A stretch of 64,000 nt of DNA, from contig JACJYL010000002.1 in NCBI GenBank assembly GCA_020636105.1, positions 496,001 through 560,000 of the forward strand, given 5' to 3'. The notes under the pieces were generated by a model, which did not search any database, was not told the DNA's origin, and saw nothing but the letters and a program-made list of their open reading frames with translations. The position numbers and the translations under genes were made by a program. Below, piece by piece: positions 55,888 to 64,000 of this stretch (position 1 is the stretch's first letter; each line of letters starts with the position of its first letter). Origin of the DNA: Lewinellaceae bacterium (lineage in GTDB: Bacteria > Bacteroidota > Bacteroidia > Chitinophagales > Saprospiraceae).

Positions 55888-56403
55888 CTAAAAACCCATT
55901 TTAGTTTTAGCTCCCGAAAGCTCCCCTTTCAAAGAAGCCATGCGAATGGCCGTAACGGCTGCTTCGGTTCCTTTATTGCCGTATTTACCTCCAGACCTGT
56001 CTTTTGCCTGTTGCTCATCATTAGGCGTCAACACCCCGTAGATACAGGGCATTCCGGAAGCAACACTCAGCGTCATCAATCCCATCGCTACGGCATTATT
56101 GATATAATCATTGTGCCTGGTTTCTCCCTGGATGACACAGCCAATACAAATAACGGCATCCAGTTTTTGGCTTGAAGCCAGTATTTTAGCTCCGGTCGGC
56201 AATTCAAAAGCGCCAGGGACCTGCAGGGTCGTAATATTTCCCTCCGGCGCACCGTGTTTTACAAGCGTGTCAAAACACCCCTGATAAAGCGCATGGGTTA
56301 TTTCGGCGTGCCAGTCGGCCACCACAATACCAAACTTCATGTTGGAAATATCAGGAATACTGCTTTCGTCATAAGACGATAAATTTTTTAATGCACTTGC
56401 CAT
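55888..56403 (-). CDS. ribH: 6,7-dimethyl-8-ribityllumazine synthase
   Basis: 171 aa; FGIVVADWHAEIT and VPGAFELP motifs. Confidence 0.9.
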   Translation of the reverse strand: MASALKNLSSYDESSIPDISNMKFGIVVADWHAEITHALYQGCFDTLVKHGAPEGNITTLQVPGAFELPTGAKILASSQKLDAVICIGCVIQGETRHNDYINNAVAMGLMTLSVASGMPCIYGVLTPNDEQQAKDRSGGKYGNKGTEAAVTAIRMASLKGELSGAKTKMGF

Positions 56404-56481
56404 GTTGATTGTTTTTAGTTTTTCCGGACCTCCGAGGTTTCCCCCCCGGAGGTCTGGAAAACGGAAGGATGTTAGATTAAC

Positions 56482-56521
56482 AAAAAAAGGTAAGACCTTG
56501 TTGAAGACCTTACCTTTTTTT
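56482..56521. terminator. Bidirectional terminator-like hairpin
   Basis: AAAAAAAGGTAAG-N14-CTTACCTTTTTTT. Confidence 0.6.
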
Positions 56522-56580
56522 AGGCATAAAAACCCGCTGTCCGACTATTCTTTCACTGCTTGGCGTTTTTAATAGTCTTA

Positions 56581-57279
56581 TTATCCTTTTTTACCGTTTG
56601 CGCGAATGATAAACTTATCAATATCGGCACCATAAGGTGTTTTAGGAAATTCTTTTTTGATTCTTTCGTAAGCGGATAAAGCTTCCTGGATATTCCCCTG
56701 CTGCTCGTTCAGCATACCCAATTTTTTAAGGTAATAAGCGGTGAGGAAATCATTACTGCTGGTATTGATGGCTTTTTTGTAAAATTTAAGCGCATTGTCC
56801 ATATCCAGCAATTCGGAATAAGCATCGCCCATGGCGCCAAATTTCATCACCGGAGTGACGTCACCTTTAGGGTTATAATCCTTTAGGTAATCGAGTGCTG
56901 CTTCAAATTTACCCAAATTCAAATAGGCAATCCCTGCATAATAGAGCGACATATTTGCCGCTGGCGTACCGCCATAATTATCAATGATGTCAAGAAAACC
57001 ACTGTATCCTCCTCCCGGGTTGGTCAGGGATAATGCAAATGAATCTCGCTCAAATTGTTGTTGAGCCATAAACATTTGCTCTACAGCTTCAGCTTGTTTT
57101 GGCATTTGGTACAGGTGTCTGTAACCAAACCAACCACCAAATAATACGATAGCTCCCACTACCACACCAATGATGATATTCTTATTATCTTCGAAAAAAT
57201 CCCCCGCTGTTGCTCTCACCTCAACAATATCAACCAGCGTTGCGTCGTCCTTTTTTTTATTTTTTAATCTTCTTGCCAT
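56581..57279 (-). CDS. Membrane-anchored tetratricopeptide-repeat protein
   Basis: 232 aa, N-terminal TM IIIGVVVGAIVLFGGWFGY, then TPR-like helices. Confidence 0.75.
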   Translation of the reverse strand: MARRLKNKKKDDATLVDIVEVRATAGDFFEDNKNIIIGVVVGAIVLFGGWFGYRHLYQMPKQAEAVEQMFMAQQQFERDSFALSLTNPGGGYSGFLDIIDNYGGTPAANMSLYYAGIAYLNLGKFEAALDYLKDYNPKGDVTPVMKFGAMGDAYSELLDMDNALKFYKKAINTSSNDFLTAYYLKKLGMLNEQQGNIQEALSAYERIKKEFPKTPYGADIDKFIIRANGKKG

Positions 57280-57396
57280 TATGTATAAATTAGGTAATAT
57301 TTAAAAAAGCCCCGCAAAAGTAAATGTTTTTTACTAAACTAAGTACTTTTAATAAAAGGTTTTTTGTAATCCCATTCGTCCCGGAAGCCACAGGCA

Positions 57397-58416
57397 TCAT
57401 GTAATAAACGGATAGTCCTGCTGAACGTAATTATCTGTGTACAAATCAGCCCCATCCGGATAAGGGGATTCTTCCGCAAATTTTACCGCATCCTCAATTT
57501 CTTCCTTGATCCTTTGCTTGATCTCGAGGATTTCCTTTTCCGTGGCGATCTTTTCCTTTAAAAGTTTCAATTCCATCACCTTAACAGGATCCCTGTCCTT
57601 GTAAGACTCTACTTCTTCCTTGGTGCGATATTTCGCCGGGTCGGAAACGGAGTGTCCTTTGTAACGGTAAGTCCTGATTTCCAGGAAGTAAGGTCCTTTG
57701 CCTGAGCGAATATATTCCGCAGCTTTCTGAACGGCTTCATACACCGCTTCCTGATCCATGCCATCCACCGGCTCACTTGGGATATCATAAGCTTCTCCCA
57801 GTTTGTAAATCTCTGTCACATTACTGGTGCGCTTTACGGAAGTTCCCATCGCATAACCGTTGTTTTCACAAATGTAGAGTACAGGCAATTTCCAGGTCAT
57901 GGCCATATTGAAAGACTCGTGTAAAATACCCTGGCGCGCCGCACCGTCTCCGAACATGGTTACGCATAAATTTTTGGTTCCTTTGTACTGTTCGGCAAAA
58001 GCAATACCGGTTCCAATACCGATTTGCGCTCCTACAATGCCGTTGCCGCCAAAATATTTGTGTTCAGCAGAGAAAAAGTGCATTGATCCTCCTTTGCCCT
58101 TTACAATCCCGGTACTTTTTCCATAGAGTTCTGCCATAGCTTCCCGGGGTGTAATCCCTCTTGCAATAGCCGTTCCATGCTGACGGTAACCTGTGATGAC
58201 GCCGTCATCTTTGGTGATCGCCGTTTCTATGCCGGCAGCAAGGGCTTCCTGTCCAATATAAACATGACAGAATCCGCGAATTTTTTGCTGGCCGTAAGCC
58301 ATCAGTGCGCTTTCCTCGAAACGGCGCACCCGCAACATTAATTCATACCATTTAAGATTTTGCTCCTTTGAGTATTTGGATTTTGTCGCTGTTTTGGTCG
58401 ATGTTTTTTTTGCCAT
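57397..58416 (-). CDS. pdhA: Pyruvate dehydrogenase E1 component alpha subunit
   Basis: GFCHVYIGQEA, GKGGSMH, and the TPP-binding GDGAARQG...NNGYAMGT. Confidence 0.9.
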   Translation of the reverse strand: MAKKTSTKTATKSKYSKEQNLKWYELMLRVRRFEESALMAYGQQKIRGFCHVYIGQEALAAGIETAITKDDGVITGYRQHGTAIARGITPREAMAELYGKSTGIVKGKGGSMHFFSAEHKYFGGNGIVGAQIGIGTGIAFAEQYKGTKNLCVTMFGDGAARQGILHESFNMAMTWKLPVLYICENNGYAMGTSVKRTSNVTEIYKLGEAYDIPSEPVDGMDQEAVYEAVQKAAEYIRSGKGPYFLEIRTYRYKGHSVSDPAKYRTKEEVESYKDRDPVKVMELKLLKEKIATEKEILEIKQRIKEEIEDAVKFAEESPYPDGADLYTDNYVQQDYPFIT

Positions 58417-58566
58417 TTTTATCTTTTATACTGAATGTTCTTGAATAAGGGTAAAAAAAAAAGAGTATTTCCACTTTAAATAACACCTTTACACCATACT
58501 CTTGTTCAAATCCGATGCAAAGTAAAAGCTTTTCATTAAGTTATTAAAAAAATTACCCCAAAATCA

Positions 58567-58574
58567 TAATTTTG
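58567..58574 (+). promoter_or_regulatory. Candidate -7 box TAATTTTG
   Basis: Matches TAnnTTTG 15 nt upstream of the recF TTG start. Confidence 0.4.
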
Positions 58575-58588
58575 CAAAAACAGATGCT

Positions 58589-59692
58589 TTGTATCTATCC
58601 AAGCTCATACTGACCAACTTCAAGAATTACCCTTACCAGGAATTCGATTTGTCCCCTGCCATCAACTGCTTCACGGGCAATAATGGCATGGGAAAAACCA
58701 ATATCCTTGATGCCATTTATTATTTGTGCATGAGCAAAAGTTACTTTCTGGTTTCCGACAAAAATATCGCCAGGCTCGGAGAGGATTTTTTCAGGCTGGA
58801 AGGCCGGTTCGAGGTGGAAGGCAAAAAAGAAAAGATCGTGGCCAAGGTAATCCCTGGCAAAAAGAAGGAGTTGGAAATAAATGATAATCCTTACCTGAAA
58901 TTTTCTGATCATATCGGTTTTCTTCCGGTCGTCATCATTACCCCTGACGATACGGACATCATTTCAGAAGGCAGCGAAACCAGGCGTCGATTGATCGACA
59001 ACACCCTTTCTCAATTGAACAAAAAGTATCTTGATGACCTTATTCTGTACAATAAAATCATCAGGCAACGGAATGCCGCCCTGAAACAATTTGCTGAAAA
59101 AGGGGGATACAACAGGAATCTTCTCGACATCTACAACCGGCAACTGCTGGAACCCGCACGTTATATTCACGAGCAAAGACAAACTTTTCTTCAACATTTC
59201 ATCCCCATCCTGCGAGGGGTTCACCTGGAAATTTCCGGAAATTCGGAAGAGGTAGATTGCGAATACAAATCCCAGCTCAATGAAATGGCCTTCGAGCTCC
59301 TTTTAGACCGAACCAGCGAAAAAGACCGTATCCTCCAAAGAACCACTGCAGGCATCCATCGCGACGACCTGATTTTTACCCTTTCGGGCAACGCTCTCAA
59401 GCGTTTTGCTTCCCAGGGACAGTTAAAAACTTTTACCCTTGCCCTCAAAATTGCCCAGTACCAAATGTTAAAATTTGAAAAAAAGAAACCTCCTTTATTA
59501 CTTCTCGATGATATTTTTGATAAATTGGATAGCCAAAGAGTAAAATTCCTGCTTCAATTACTCATCAGGCAGGACTTTGGGCAGATATTCATTACTGATA
59601 CGCACCCCAACAGGGTAACACAAATCATAGAAAAGACTGGAGCCGACTTCAGGAAATTCAATATTTCCAAGGGTACGGCGACCCCGATTTAG
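58589..59692 (+). CDS. recF: DNA replication/repair protein RecF
   Basis: LILTNFKNY..., Walker A GNNGMGKTNILDAI, and signature SQGQLKT...LLLDDIFDKLD. Confidence 0.9.
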   Translation: MYLSKLILTNFKNYPYQEFDLSPAINCFTGNNGMGKTNILDAIYYLCMSKSYFLVSDKNIARLGEDFFRLEGRFEVEGKKEKIVAKVIPGKKKELEINDNPYLKFSDHIGFLPVVIITPDDTDIISEGSETRRRLIDNTLSQLNKKYLDDLILYNKIIRQRNAALKQFAEKGGYNRNLLDIYNRQLLEPARYIHEQRQTFLQHFIPILRGVHLEISGNSEEVDCEYKSQLNEMAFELLLDRTSEKDRILQRTTAGIHRDDLIFTLSGNALKRFASQGQLKTFTLALKIAQYQMLKFEKKKPPLLLLDDIFDKLDSQRVKFLLQLLIRQDFGQIFITDTHPNRVTQIIEKTGADFRKFNISKGTATPI

Positions 59693-59842
59693 GTTTTCCC
59701 TTTTTGTAAGGTTAAAAAGTTGACCGCGAAAGTTTGAAATAAGCAACACAACCTTAATACCCCGGATAAAAATCGGCCAACTGGCACTGAAAGCTGCATA
59801 CTAAACAAGCAATATTACTTATAAACAAAACCAATCCTTATT

Positions 59843-60133
59843 ATGACACATGCAGACGAACAAAGCCTGAAACACGCCCTATTACAAATGGTTGACCATT
59901 ACCGTATGCGTTCCCGCCTCACCCAGGTCAAAGTCAACAAATGCTGGGGCACTGTGATGGGACCTACCATAGCCCAATACACGACAGAGATCAAAGTCAG
60001 GAAAAACAAACTTTACGTCACCATTAATTCCGCTGCCCTCAAGCAGGAGTTGTCCTACGGGAAAGAAAAAATCCTCCGCAATCTGAATGATGAATTGGGA
60101 GAGGAACTGATCACAGCTATTGAGATCAGGTAA
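59843..60133 (+). CDS. DUF721-type protein (recF-associated)
   Basis: 96 aa in the conserved position after recF; LYVTINSAALKQEL pattern. Confidence 0.7.
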   Translation: MTHADEQSLKHALLQMVDHYRMRSRLTQVKVNKCWGTVMGPTIAQYTTEIKVRKNKLYVTINSAALKQELSYGKEKILRNLNDELGEELITAIEIR

Positions 60134-60200
60134 GTGTTATTGCCAAAAGGTCAACCTTTTTTTATTGTCCACTTTACTAAACATAAAATACGCTCTTAAT

Positions 60201-61937
60201 CTACCCCAAAACATTCCGCTTCACCGCACGGCCGATAAATCGTATTTTCTCTGCCAGCGGAAATCTCCTCAGGTTGGTTTTGACCACTCCTTTGGTGAGC
60301 ATTGTCTTTTGGGTATAATCTATCTTCACATCCACGATGACCGGCACATTTTCCGTCGCCAGTTGTTTGGCTTTTTTTATGACCTCATCAATCTCATTGT
60401 CATTGTTCATCGCCAGGTAACGGGCTCCCGTGGCGATGGCGACTCCTTCGACTTTCAAATCGCCCAAAGTGGTGCACGTCTTTCTGTTGAGCGGAATTTT
60501 CTGGAACTGTGATATTTGCCCCAATTCCCCGTCATGGAAAACAAAAACGATAATGCCTAATCCATAGGTCGTGGCGGTGATCAATTCCATACATGTCATC
60601 TGGAAAGCTCCGTCGCCTACGATGGTCACCACTGTCTTATCCGGGTTCCCGAATTTAGCCCCGATGGAAGCTGGAATGGCATAACCCATACAATTAAAAT
60701 CGGTGGGAGAAATGAGATGTCCGGCCGTATGCACAGGGAATAATTCTGCCGTCAGGAAGGTATGTTTACCGTCATCCACCACCATCAGTACATCATCAGG
60801 CATTTGTTGCCGCAAGGACTGAAAGAAAAATCCGGGAGAAACCATATCGTCCTGGGGGGCCTTCATCCAGGTGGCGCGGTAGGCTTCTTTTTCAGAAGCG
60901 ATCATTTGCTTCAAAGCATCATTGTCGTTATGAGCCTGGACACTTTCTTCTTCAAACTCTTTTTCGAGTGCCGTTAAAATAGCATGGGCATCTCCTTCAA
61001 TGGATAAAGTAGCCGGGTAGTTTTTATGAAAAACCTGGGGATTGATGTCAATATGGATAAGCTGTTCTGGCACATTCATGCCATAGCTGCCTGTGGCCAG
61101 TTCAGAAAACCTAACACCTATGGCCAGCAGACAATCACAATCGACAAAAGCTTTCCTTGCCGCCGGCAAGGCTGAAGCGCCAAACCCTACGCCCGTATGC
61201 ATCGGGTGAATAGCGCGAAATGCACTTAACCCTGAAAAAGTGGTAGACACCGGAGCGTTTAATCTTTCTGCCAGTTTTTCCAGTTCTTCCAACGATCCCA
61301 ATCCACCCCAACCGACATAAATGCCTGGTTTTTTAGCTTCATTCAACAACCTGGCCGCTTCTTTAATCTGTTCATCGGACCATGTTTTTTCTGCTTGCAC
61401 AGGATGGTATTCCGGCAGCCCATCCACTTCTCCTCTAAAAAGCTGGAGCTCAACAGGTATTTCTATGAACACAGGACCCGGCTCCCCGCTAATAGCCATT
61501 TCATAGGCCTTGTAAATAGTAGGGATGATGTCTTCGTGCTTTTCTACCAGGTAATATTGTTTGACAATGGCACCTACCAATTCCCCAAGGTCCAGTTGGT
61601 GTAGCTGGTAGTGTTTCCCGGTATCCCTGCGTGTGCCCCCGGAAATGACCATCATGGGAATTCCATCGAGGAAAGCCTCTCCTATCCCGCTCATGGCATG
61701 CGTGGTTCCGGCAGCAGGCACGATCACCACTGTACCGATGGAATCAGTGGTCCGTGAAATACCGTCGGCCATAAAACTTGCTCCGCCCTCATGAGTCACC
61801 AGAACAGGTTCAATAATAGAGGAATTATTGAGTTCATCGTAAATCTCGGTATTGTGTACACCGGGAATGCCAAAAGTATATTTCACCCCGATCTGTTCCA
61901 ATGCATAAACCGTGAGAAAGGATCCTGTTTTTTTCAT
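60201..61937 (-). CDS. Thiamine-pyrophosphate-binding enzyme (acetolactate synthase large-subunit-like)
   Basis: 578 aa; FGIPGVHNTEIYD and the TPP motif GDGAFQMT...FHDGELG. Confidence 0.85.
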   Translation of the reverse strand: MKKTGSFLTVYALEQIGVKYTFGIPGVHNTEIYDELNNSSIIEPVLVTHEGGASFMADGISRTTDSIGTVVIVPAAGTTHAMSGIGEAFLDGIPMMVISGGTRRDTGKHYQLHQLDLGELVGAIVKQYYLVEKHEDIIPTIYKAYEMAISGEPGPVFIEIPVELQLFRGEVDGLPEYHPVQAEKTWSDEQIKEAARLLNEAKKPGIYVGWGGLGSLEELEKLAERLNAPVSTTFSGLSAFRAIHPMHTGVGFGASALPAARKAFVDCDCLLAIGVRFSELATGSYGMNVPEQLIHIDINPQVFHKNYPATLSIEGDAHAILTALEKEFEEESVQAHNDNDALKQMIASEKEAYRATWMKAPQDDMVSPGFFFQSLRQQMPDDVLMVVDDGKHTFLTAELFPVHTAGHLISPTDFNCMGYAIPASIGAKFGNPDKTVVTIVGDGAFQMTCMELITATTYGLGIIVFVFHDGELGQISQFQKIPLNRKTCTTLGDLKVEGVAIATGARYLAMNNDNEIDEVIKKAKQLATENVPVIVDVKIDYTQKTMLTKGVVKTNLRRFPLAEKIRFIGRAVKRNVLG

Positions 61938-61975
61938 TATAAGTCTATTTAGATTGGTCTTTGTAAAAATACATT

Positions 61976-62265
61976 GAACCCTTTCAGGGTTCTCTTATTT
62001 TCGTTTTCAGTCTTCCGATTTCATCGGAAGTTATTCAAATTTTATCCCTTTGGGATAATGGGTACTTTCTAACAAAAGTAAAAAGAGAAACTTCCAAAAT
62101 CGGCGCCTGTCTGACGGCAAAGGCAGGTTCTTTTTTTCAATTCTTTTATTGAATGGTGGATATTGATTTAGGGGTGATTGCTTTTCTTTTTATACTTTTC
62201 ATTAACGATTGTTGCATGCGCAATACGGGTTTTGGAGCGAAAACGGTCAAACCGTTACTATGTTT
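61976..62265. repeat. Cluster of short triloop hairpins (left cluster)
   Basis: GAACCCT-TTC-AGGGTTC (61976-61992), CTTCCGAT-TTC-ATCGGAAG (62012-62030), TATCCC-TTT-GGGATA (62043-62057), AACGGT-CAA-ACCGTT (62251-62265). Confidence 0.75.
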
Positions 62266-62336
62266 ATCTGTTGCATTCATTTTCAATTTACCATACCGTC
62301 CTGCATTTGCATACGACTGGATGCTGTATGTGTTTT

Positions 62337-62936
62337 CTATTCATTACATCCATAATCCACTTCCAAAAATGTTTCACTTCCATTTTTATAAAGTCTTACA
62401 TTATTTTCACCTGTTCGTTTTGATATCAAGTCGCCTATCTCGATTAATTCAAAGTTTCCATTTTGGAATATTACCCAATTTTGAATTTTCTCAATCTTAT
62501 TATCATATTGAATTTCAATTGTTTTGTAATTGTGATTCGGGGTATCTCGGTATTTCTTTACTACAATTCCACTCCATTCTGATTGTTTAAAGTATCTAGC
62601 ATTTTCACATGGGTCTGATTGCATCAATGATGGAACAATAATAAAAAATGAAGCTATAAAAATTATTGTACCAATTGGTAATCCAACTGCCATCAAAAAG
62701 TATCTTGTTCTCAGAGTTGGGTTGTTGGTATTTTTCGCAAGTTTCCACATGTTTGGTATATCTTTGACGTGATTCCAAAACCAACTAACCTCATATCCGT
62801 TTTGTTTTAATGTGGATTTAACCCAGTACCATAATCCATTAAGTCCAATAACTAGCATCATCATTATTGGAAAAATCTTATCCATTTTATCCATAATTTT
62901 ATAATAATCATGCGGCATTCTCCAATTAGAAATCAA
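62337..62936 (-). CDS. Hypothetical membrane protein in AT-rich islet
   Basis: 199-aa ORF with two to three TM segments (IFPIMMMLVIGLNGLWYWV, FLMAVGLPIGTIIFIASFFIIV). Local AT-richness. Confidence 0.55.
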   Translation of the reverse strand: MISNWRMPHDYYKIMDKMDKIFPIMMMLVIGLNGLWYWVKSTLKQNGYEVSWFWNHVKDIPNMWKLAKNTNNPTLRTRYFLMAVGLPIGTIIFIASFFIIVPSLMQSDPCENARYFKQSEWSGIVVKKYRDTPNHNYKTIEIQYDNKIEKIQNWVIFQNGNFELIEIGDLISKRTGENNVRLYKNGSETFLEVDYGCNE

Positions 62937-63074
62937 TAGAAAAACTAATTTAATAACACCTGTTTTTAATCTCCTTACATTGTATCATTAAGGCAGTTTT
63001 TTTGTTAAATTACACAAAATGGAGTTCCACACATCTTTTACAAAAATTAAATAATTTCATCCTCATCCCTTTGA

Positions 63075-63265
63075 CAAAACCACGAAATGGTTCAATCTCC
63101 ATAACGGGGTTGTGTAAAAACTCAATTTTTCCAAAATATCTTGGAAAATGGAATATATAAAGCATGAAAAAACGACTTTTTACACATTGAATAATCATGT
63201 GATTTAAAAGATTTCTAGACTTTTTACACAACCCCAAAACCACGAAGTGGTTCAATCTCCATAAC
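63075..63265. repeat. Two 31-bp direct repeats flanking a segment bounded by perfect 15-bp inverted repeats
   Basis: DR CAAAACCACGAA(A/G)TGGTTCAATCTCCATAAC at 63075-63105 and 63235-63265. IR GGGGTTGTGTAAAAA (63106-63120) pairs with TTTTTACACAACCCC (63221-63235). Confidence 0.85.
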
Positions 63266-63321
63266 CGCCGATAAAATCGGCGGAGCCAACAAACCCTAAA
63301 TTCCGAACCCTGAAAGGGTTC
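63265..63321. repeat. Triloop hairpins (right cluster, opposite orientation to the left cluster)
   Basis: CCGCCGAT-AAA-ATCGGCGG (63265-63283) and GAACCCT-GAA-AGGGTTC (63305-63321). Confidence 0.75.
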
Positions 63322-63328
63322 AATCCTT

Positions 63329-64000
63329 TCATTTCGTTTTCACAATATCCGCTGCTGCCAGCCGGGCATTAATGATACATCCGGAGAGAAAAGTTCCCTC
63401 AAGCGCCCGTTTGCCATGTACTCCACCGCCGCCGAATCCAGCGGCTTCCCCCACCGCATAAAGTCCCGGAATGGGCTGCTGTTTTTGTGGATCGGGATGA
63501 TTGTCCAGTACCCTGCTTTGCAGATCCGTTTGAATCCCCCCTAAACTTTTGCGCGACAATATCCTGAGTTTGATGGCAATCAGCGGCATGGCCTTTGCAT
63601 CGACGATCTTCTGAAATTTGCAGGTTCTCACCTTATCCCCACGATACTGACGGGCATGAGCGATACGACGCAACTGTTCGTCATTGTGGTATTTTTGGCC
63701 ACGGTCGATCATCTGGTCGTAGGTGTGGACAGACTCCCGGAGCAAAGTCCCGGAAAATTCCTGGTGCTCCGGCGAAGCCTGGTGGATCTTATCGGTCAGT
63801 TCTTCCAGGGAGTTGGCCACAATAAAATCGGGGCAAGTGTTCAGCATTTCCTCCACCAGGGCCTTATTTCCCAAAAGAATGTTTTTCAGAAAAGCAAACA
63901 GCTTTTTATCCCTCACCGCAGGATTGTGTTCGGAACCGGAGATCGCAAATTCCTTGTAGGCGATCTTCCTGTTCATAACCTGCCAGGAATATTTTACAGG
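63329..64000 (-). CDS. FAD-binding dehydrogenase, C-terminal part (N-terminus beyond window)
   Basis: The frame stays open upstream of the listed Met through to the window end. C-terminal GLYAVGEAAGFGGGGVHGKRALEGTFLSGC. Confidence 0.7.
   Translation of the reverse strand, partial: PVKYSWQVMNRKIAYKEFAISGSEHNPAVRDKKLFAFLKNILLGNKALVEEMLNTCPDFIVANSLEELTDKIHQASPEHQEFSGTLLRESVHTYDQMIDRGQKYHNDEQLRRIAHARQYRGDKVRTCKFQKIVDAKAMPLIAIKLRILSRKSLGGIQTDLQSRVLDNHPDPQKQQPIPGLYAVGEAAGFGGGGVHGKRALEGTFLSGCIINARLAAADIVKTK

Noticed and set aside
56404-56580. FMN riboswitch upstream of ribH
   Set aside because: I could not find the conserved FMN aptamer segments. The region holds only a simple hairpin and a terminator.
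62153-62590. 145-aa plus-strand ORF in the AT-rich islet, and the 81-aa ORF 63010-63255
   Set aside because: The first overlaps the better-supported minus-strand membrane-protein gene. The second is made of the DR/IR repeat sequences. Both have AT-driven F/I/L/Y-rich composition.
63075-63265. Possible mini-CRISPR (two 31-bp repeats)
   Set aside because: There are only two copies, the spacer is 129 bp and itself bounded by inverted repeats, and there are no cas genes in the window.

Overview
This 64-kb window comes from a Bacteroidota-type chromosome. Supporting signs are T9SS C-terminal sorting domains, TAnnTTTG -7 promoter boxes, an ExbB-ExbD-ExbD-TonB cluster, lpxB and recF/DUF721. Positions 1 to about 16.26 kb are an integrated virus-like element. 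It ends with a tyrosine integrase that faces the 3' end of tRNA-Glu(UUC), and its left end lies outside the window. The element carries: a P-loop ATPase with an A32/FtsK-HerA-like motif order; a divergent control region with a 20-bp palindrome; at least 14 short membrane-anchored proteins, five of them below the ORF-track cutoff; a holin-like ORF paired with a membrane-anchored amidase; an 817-aa fibre-like protein built from 14 tandem 31-aa repeats; an S8 protease interrupted by a single in-frame TGA; and a 960-aa ParB-nuclease polyvalent-type protein. I recognise no terminase, portal or tail genes. My main novelty candidate is therefore a tailless, membrane-containing provirus (PRD1/PM2-lineage-like or pleomorphic). 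This is inference and cannot be proven without profile or structure searches. The remainder (16.5-64 kb) is mostly housekeeping: maeB, selU-selD, lpxB, surE, holA, exbBDD-tonB, folC, ribH, pdhA, recF. It also holds a 1112-aa modular Cys-rich T9SS cargo protein with dockerin- and cohesin-like parts, several regulator/operator pairs, C-free tandem word repeats in intergenic spacers, a repeat-laden MITE-like spacer, and an AT-rich islet (61.9-63.3 kb) flanked by inverted clusters of triloop hairpins with a 15-bp inverted-repeat-bounded segment.
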